A stretch of DNA of 58,602 nt from Robiginitomaculum sp. (GTDB taxonomy: Bacteria > Pseudomonadota > Alphaproteobacteria > Caulobacterales > Maricaulaceae): the NCBI GenBank assembly GCA_021776675.1, contig JAJFFM010000149.1:1-58602 (forward strand), in the 5' to 3' direction. Shown in pieces: positions 53,948-58,602 of the stretch. The translations under genes were made by a program, and so were the position numbers. A model generated the notes under the pieces. The model was not told where the DNA came from. It did not search any database and was given only the letters and a program-made list of their open reading frames with translations. Positions within the stretch are counted from its first letter, which is position 1. Each line of letters begins with the position of its first letter.

Positions 53948-55159
53948 CTACGTAGTTTGCGGTCGCCCTATGATTTTAAGCCAAAGCAAGGAAAACGCGG
54001 CCAGTATGGAAACCGGGATTAAGACTAGAGCTATGCCGCTCCAGCCGTAACTGTTGAGTGTTACTCCTGACGCCAGAGATGCCAATGCCACAAGTGTGAA
54101 AAGAATAAAATCATGCAGACCCTGCACTTTGTTCTTTTCGCCCTCATGATACGCCTCGCCCAATAATGTGGTTGCGCCGATAAATCCGAAATTCCACCCG
54201 ATACCGAGCAAGATCAAAGACGTCCAAAAATTCCAAAGCTCTAGCCCCGCCAATGCTACGCCTGCGCACATTATCAATAAGCCAAGCCCAGCCGCAATAA
54301 TAGGTAGTTTCCCGAACCGTACGATTAACGCACCTGTAAAAAAACTGGGGCCGAACATCGCCAGCACATGCCAGCGTATACCCAGCACCGCTTCGGCTTC
54401 GGAATGGCCGTGATGCTTCATGGCGAGCGGCGCACCCGTCATCATAAATGTCATAAGCGCATAAGACGCAACGGCGCAGAGAAGTGCTACAATAAATACG
54501 GGCTGTTTAATTATCTCGCTTATATTGCGAACATGGGCGGAAGTTATCTCTGCTGATATATGGCTGCTGCCAACAGGTTTTAAAAACAACAAGACGCCAA
54601 TACCCACCGTTAACAATCCCGCCATACCGACGAACGCGCCTGCAAATGGTAGTGGCAGAAACATATCCTTGGTGCGTAACACAACTTCGGTGCCAATAAA
54701 TGCTGCAAGTACACCGCCGGTAAGCACCCAAGAAATAGCCCGAGATTTAAATTTATCCGTGCCCGTGTCAGCGGCGGCAAATCTGTATTGTTGTACAAAT
54801 GCCCCTGCCCCACCAATAAACAAATAGCTGAGACAAAACAAAGCGAAAGCACCTTGTTGTAAGGATAACATAGCCATCACCGCACCCAATATACCTATTA
54901 AAGCCCCAATGATAAAGCTTAATTTGCGGCCAAATTTACGGCCAAGCATGGCAACCGGCATAGCGAAAATTGCAGAGCCGGCACTAAAGGTTGCTACGGG
55001 CAATGTCGCCAAGGCAAGAGCATCAGGGTTCAGCCACGCGCCGCCCAAAGCGCCAAGTGATATGGCAATAGCCCCGATGGAACCATTACAAGCCTGCGCC
55101 AAGGACAAGACAAAAGCATTGCGCACGCCGACATTTGGCGCACTTGGTTGCACACTCAT
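53948..55159 (-). CDS. MFS transporter
   Basis: 403 aa with about 12 TM helices and an MFS loop 2-3 motif (MLGRKFGRK). Confidence 0.85.
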   Translation of the reverse strand: MSVQPSAPNVGVRNAFVLSLAQACNGSIGAIAISLGALGGAWLNPDALALATLPVATFSAGSAIFAMPVAMLGRKFGRKLSFIIGALIGILGAVMAMLSLQQGAFALFCLSYLFIGGAGAFVQQYRFAAADTGTDKFKSRAISWVLTGGVLAAFIGTEVVLRTKDMFLPLPFAGAFVGMAGLLTVGIGVLLFLKPVGSSHISAEITSAHVRNISEIIKQPVFIVALLCAVASYALMTFMMTGAPLAMKHHGHSEAEAVLGIRWHVLAMFGPSFFTGALIVRFGKLPIIAAGLGLLIMCAGVALAGLELWNFWTSLILLGIGWNFGFIGATTLLGEAYHEGEKNKVQGLHDFILFTLVALASLASGVTLNSYGWSGIALVLIPVSILAAFSLLWLKIIGRPQTT

Positions 55160-55181
55160 ATTTACTCCTGCTCTTTAATTC

Positions 55182-55931
55182 TTAAGTTTCTTGGTAATCT
55201 TGATGTTCTTTTAAATCTGGAAGGCGGTCATAGACCGGATAATGTTTTCGTATCTTCACAATCTCGCTATAGGCACGGTTAATCAATGCCATTTTGTGGG
55301 TAGCTAGCTCTTGCAGTTCAGGCGGCAGACCGCGCGCAACCAGTCTGTCGGGGTGATTGGCAGCAGCCATCATGCGGTAAGCCCGTTTCAGTTCACTGTC
55401 GGTGATCGCTTCATCAATTCCCAATATCAAATAAGGATCGTCCAGCGCACGCCCAATATGTGCCGCGCGTATGCGGTTAAAGGTCAGAGGGTTAAAGCCA
55501 AAAATTTTACTGGTGGTTTCCAGGAACATTAATTCTGCACCCGTAACGATACCGTCCGCGAGGGCAATATGAAACAAGCCGTCGAGTATATCTTCTAAAA
55601 TATCAGGACGGGCTTTGTAATGACGGTATACTTTTTTTGCATAAGCTTCATATCCCAATGTCGTCTGCTTGGCCAAATCAAAGAAGCGCGCAATACCGTC
55701 GCTTGCCTCTACAGACGATTTAAACACGTTTTTAAAGGCATCAATTTCGTCGCTGGTCACAACTCCGTCTGCTTTGGCTAGTTTTGCGCCCAGCGCGATT
55801 AATGCCGCCGCCACACCCGCATCGCCGATATCGCGAAATGAGGCGTTTGCCGATTTCCCTCTTGCAGTCTGATTGCGCGGTGGCCCAAAAAGCTTTGCCG
55901 CCGCTGATAATATGCGCATGCCAAAATTCAT
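55182..55931 (-). CDS. TerB-like domain plus C-terminal J-domain co-chaperone (DjlA-like)
   Basis: 249 aa. The TerB-like repeats are AKADGVVTSDEIDAF and ALADGIVTGAELMFL. The J domain is DPYLILGIDEAITDSELKRAYRMMAAANHPDR. Confidence 0.75.
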   Translation of the reverse strand: MNFGMRILSAAAKLFGPPRNQTARGKSANASFRDIGDAGVAAALIALGAKLAKADGVVTSDEIDAFKNVFKSSVEASDGIARFFDLAKQTTLGYEAYAKKVYRHYKARPDILEDILDGLFHIALADGIVTGAELMFLETTSKIFGFNPLTFNRIRAAHIGRALDDPYLILGIDEAITDSELKRAYRMMAAANHPDRLVARGLPPELQELATHKMALINRAYSEIVKIRKHYPVYDRLPDLKEHQDYQET

Positions 55932-56100
55932 AGCCCGCTTGTGCCCGAATTATGCGAACGGCTCAATAGGATACAGCGCAAGTTCACTAAAATGTTTTCC
56001 AGTCTACTAAAATTATTTTAAAGTAAACATCCTCTAAAAATTGCTCGCTTTTAGCTGCTACCTCCCCTAGATATAATGGAAACAAAAGGGGGAATATATT

Positions 56101-57321
56101 ATGGGACAGTTTATTGGTCTACTTGGCGTCGTTGTATTACTGGGCATAGCTTATATAGCGTCCAGCAACCGCAAAAACGTGAACCCACGCACTATTTTCA
56201 GCGCCCTCACCTTGCAATTTGCTATTGCTCTGTTCGTGTTCAAAACACCGTGGGGTAGAGTTGTCCTGGAAAATGTTACCAATTTTATCGAACATGTGCT
56301 TGGATATTCCATGAAAGGTATCGGGTTTATTTTTGGTGATTGGGCCCAAAGCGGCAATGTTATGCTCAGCTTTGCGACTATGGTTCTGCCGGTTATTATC
56401 TTTGTTGGTGCCTTGATGACGGTCTTGTTTCACCTCGGTATTATGCAAATCGTCATGCGCGGGCTTGGCTTTGTCCTGCGTAAAACCATTGGTGTCAACG
56501 GTGTAGAAGCCCTCGCCGCCAGTATGAATATTTTTGTTGGTCAAGACAGTGCACCATTTGCCGTGCGTCCTTATTTGGCGACCATGCCTAAATCGACTTT
56601 GTTCCTTGTTATGACAACGGGTATGGCGACCATTGCCGGCTCTATTTTGGCCGGTCTTATGGCTATGGGCGTGGACGGGCAGAGCCTGATCGTAGCCAGT
56701 TTCATGGGCGCACCAGGCGGTATCCTCATGGCGAAAATGATTATGCCGAGCGACCCCGAAGACGCAGATATCATCCCTGAAAACATCGAAATTAAAGCCA
56801 CTAAACATTCAAATGTTATAGAAGCCGCCGCGGTTGGCGCATCCGAAGGCGTACAACTCGCTATTACTATTGGTGCTATGTTGATCGCCTTTATTTCTTT
56901 GATCGCACTCCTTAACGGCATGCTCGGCGGCATTGGCGGTTGGTTCGGTTTCGAAGGTCTGACTTTCCAGAGCATTTTGGGCGTTATTTTTAGCCCGATT
57001 ATGTGGCTCATTGGTATTCCGTGGAGCGAGGCCGGTATTTCCGGGAGCCTGTTTGGTGAAAAACTAATTCTGAACGAATTTGTTGCTTACGGGAGTTTCA
57101 TGGGTATGGGCGAAGGTGCCCTGTCCCCGCGCGCCGCAAAAATCACCACGATTGCCCTGTGCGGTTTCGCGAACTTCTCGTCCATCGCAATTGCTCTGGG
57201 CGGCATTGGTACACTAGCCCCAGAACGGCGCAGCGAACTGGCCTCATTTGGTTTGAAAGCAGTCCTAGCGGCATCCCTAGCCAACCTGCTTAGCGCGGCG
57301 ATAGTTGGGTTGATGATCTAG
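56101..57321 (+). CDS. NupC/NupG-family concentrative nucleoside transporter
   Basis: 406 aa and polytopic. The N-terminus LLG....L.IAY..S.NRK.....I......LQF.IA..V..T, together with ...GF.ANF.SI.I..GG, is typical of the CNT family. Confidence 0.9.
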   Translation: MGQFIGLLGVVVLLGIAYIASSNRKNVNPRTIFSALTLQFAIALFVFKTPWGRVVLENVTNFIEHVLGYSMKGIGFIFGDWAQSGNVMLSFATMVLPVIIFVGALMTVLFHLGIMQIVMRGLGFVLRKTIGVNGVEALAASMNIFVGQDSAPFAVRPYLATMPKSTLFLVMTTGMATIAGSILAGLMAMGVDGQSLIVASFMGAPGGILMAKMIMPSDPEDADIIPENIEIKATKHSNVIEAAAVGASEGVQLAITIGAMLIAFISLIALLNGMLGGIGGWFGFEGLTFQSILGVIFSPIMWLIGIPWSEAGISGSLFGEKLILNEFVAYGSFMGMGEGALSPRAAKITTIALCGFANFSSIAIALGGIGTLAPERRSELASFGLKAVLAASLANLLSAAIVGLMI

Positions 57322-57346
57322 AACGTTCTACTCTCAAACGTCTGTG

Positions 57347-57904
57347 CTATTGGTCGGGGCTTTTACCCGTTAACAACTGATAGTCAGCAGGGTTTTCTTG
57401 TTTCAATTCGTTTAAGAACGCTTCTGGCCATTCACCATAAATCCACATATCCTTTGCTTCTTTTGCGCGCTTTGCCATGCGCTTTGCAGGAACTAGCTGT
57501 TCTTCCAACATGAGTTGTTTCTTAATCAGGCCGTCACGTTGACTAATCGCAAGTGATTGATCCAATGCTGTATTAATATTTTTTTGAAGGTCTAGGGCGG
57601 GCACCATAAATGAACGATTGCAAATTTCAAACGCTACCATTTCAGTATTCCAAACCTCCATAATATCATCGCTTGTAACAGCATCGGAACTCGTAGCTTG
57701 CAGTTGTTTTTCAATGTCGTAATAAGCGGGTGGCATTGGGCATTTATATTCTGAAATATCAACACCCATTGCTGCAGCCAATGCTGGAGAAGGCTTGTTG
57801 ATCCGGTAACGGAACTCGTTAAACCAGAGAAGCGTACCGACCCAGATCGTTATGAGAACGAGCGGAATACCAATGCCCCATTTTGCAATCCTTTTCATGT
57901 TCAT
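57347..57904 (-). CDS. Hypothetical membrane-anchored protein
   Basis: 185 aa with one N-terminal TM helix (WGIGIPLVLITIWVGTLLWF). I recognise no motif. Confidence 0.5.
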   Translation of the reverse strand: MNMKRIAKWGIGIPLVLITIWVGTLLWFNEFRYRINKPSPALAAAMGVDISEYKCPMPPAYYDIEKQLQATSSDAVTSDDIMEVWNTEMVAFEICNRSFMVPALDLQKNINTALDQSLAISQRDGLIKKQLMLEEQLVPAKRMAKRAKEAKDMWIYGEWPEAFLNELKQENPADYQLLTGKSPDQ

Positions 57905-58175
57905 TATTACCCCCTATCACCTGCCCTCACAACTCATAATACATATTTTACCAAGAGCCGAAGATACGGTGCAATAATTTGGTGGTAAATGACAATCAAT
58001 ATTGTGTGATAGACTTTCTAATTTAAATTGTTCTTTCTAATAACTTAGCGTATTCTTCCATTGGAGTTGATGCTATAACCTCACAAAAAATTCATGTCCC
58101 CTACCTTTAAATAGCGTATGATAATTCTTATATGTTAGCTTCAAGCCCGCTTTCTGGGTATTGGGAGGAAAGATT

Positions 58176-58602
58176 TTGACTAAAAAGACGACTAAAGATA
58201 CCGCAATCAAGAAGACAGCTAAAACTTCTCTAAAGGCCAGTGAAACAACTGGTAATATGAACCTGTCTGTTGCCATGTCGCCAGAACAAGGCTTGTCGAG
58301 TTATCTGACCGAAATCCGTAAATTCCCGATGCTGGAGCGGGACGAAGAATTTATGCTAGCCAAACGCTGGGTTGCCCACCAAGACAGCTCTGCGGCAGAA
58401 CAAATGGTAACATCACATCTGCGCCTCGTGGCTAAGATTGCTATGGGTTATCGGGGCTACGGTCTGCCTATCGGTGAGGTAATCTCAGAGGGCAATGTCG
58501 GCCTGATGCAGGCGGTCAAAAAATTCGACCCGGACAAAGGTTTCCGCCTTTCCACCTATGCTATGTGGTGGATCCGCGCCGCCATTCAGGAATATGTTCT
58601 GC
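58176..58602 (+). CDS. rpoH: RNA polymerase sigma-32 (heat-shock sigma factor RpoH); partial, runs off the window
   Basis: GLSSYLTEIRKFPMLERDEEFMLAKRW...AAEQMVTSHLRLVAKIAMGYRGYGLPIGEVISEGNVGLMQAVKKFDPDKGFRLSTYAMWWIRAAIQEYVL contains the RpoH region 2 signature. The start is either the TTG at 58176 (GGGAGG 8 nt upstream) or the in-frame ATG at 58257. Confidence 0.9.
   Translation, partial: MTKKTTKDTAIKKTAKTSLKASETTGNMNLSVAMSPEQGLSSYLTEIRKFPMLERDEEFMLAKRWVAHQDSSAAEQMVTSHLRLVAKIAMGYRGYGLPIGEVISEGNVGLMQAVKKFDPDKGFRLSTYAMWWIRAAIQEYVL

Overview
This is a 58.6 kb chromosomal segment that looks alphaproteobacterial. That call is inferred from gene content and synteny only: the petABC bc1 operon, rplY-pth-ychF, an ELM1/DUF1022 protein, UrcA, DUF4139 and DUF885 paralogues, and RpoH at the right edge. 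Most of the window is ordinary housekeeping: carB, greA, trxB, dps, an aminotransferase, prs, pgeF, lgt, petABC, trmL, rpe, a nucleoside transporter, and a small FAH/maiA/GST/hydrolase catabolic cluster. I saw no rRNA, tRNA or CRISPR array by eye.

The observations that stand out:
1. **Ubiquitin homologue (19347-19655, minus strand).** A monocistronic, AT-rich gene encodes a protein about 61% identical to eukaryotic ubiquitin by hand alignment. It is fused to a twin-arginine signal peptide, ends at ...LVLRLR without Gly-Gly, and has no conjugation machinery nearby.
2. **Decayed AT-rich islet (1995-4946, between an MscS-like gene and carB).** It carries a divergent SIR2-like gene, an array of eight ATTACGGTG motifs, a RelE/ParE-HTH toxin-antitoxin pair bracketed by 42-bp direct repeats, and a possible integrase remnant.
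3. **MITE-like elements.** Two related inverted-repeat elements flank the second of two tandem DUF4139 genes, and one of them supplies that gene's 5' end.
4. **Smaller items.** A MOSC gene is broken by two frameshifts, one of them in an A7 run. There are several short tandem duplications at gene ends, an orphan intrinsic terminator that may mark an sRNA, and several AT-rich orphan genes.

All homology statements come from recognising motifs by eye. No database search was run.
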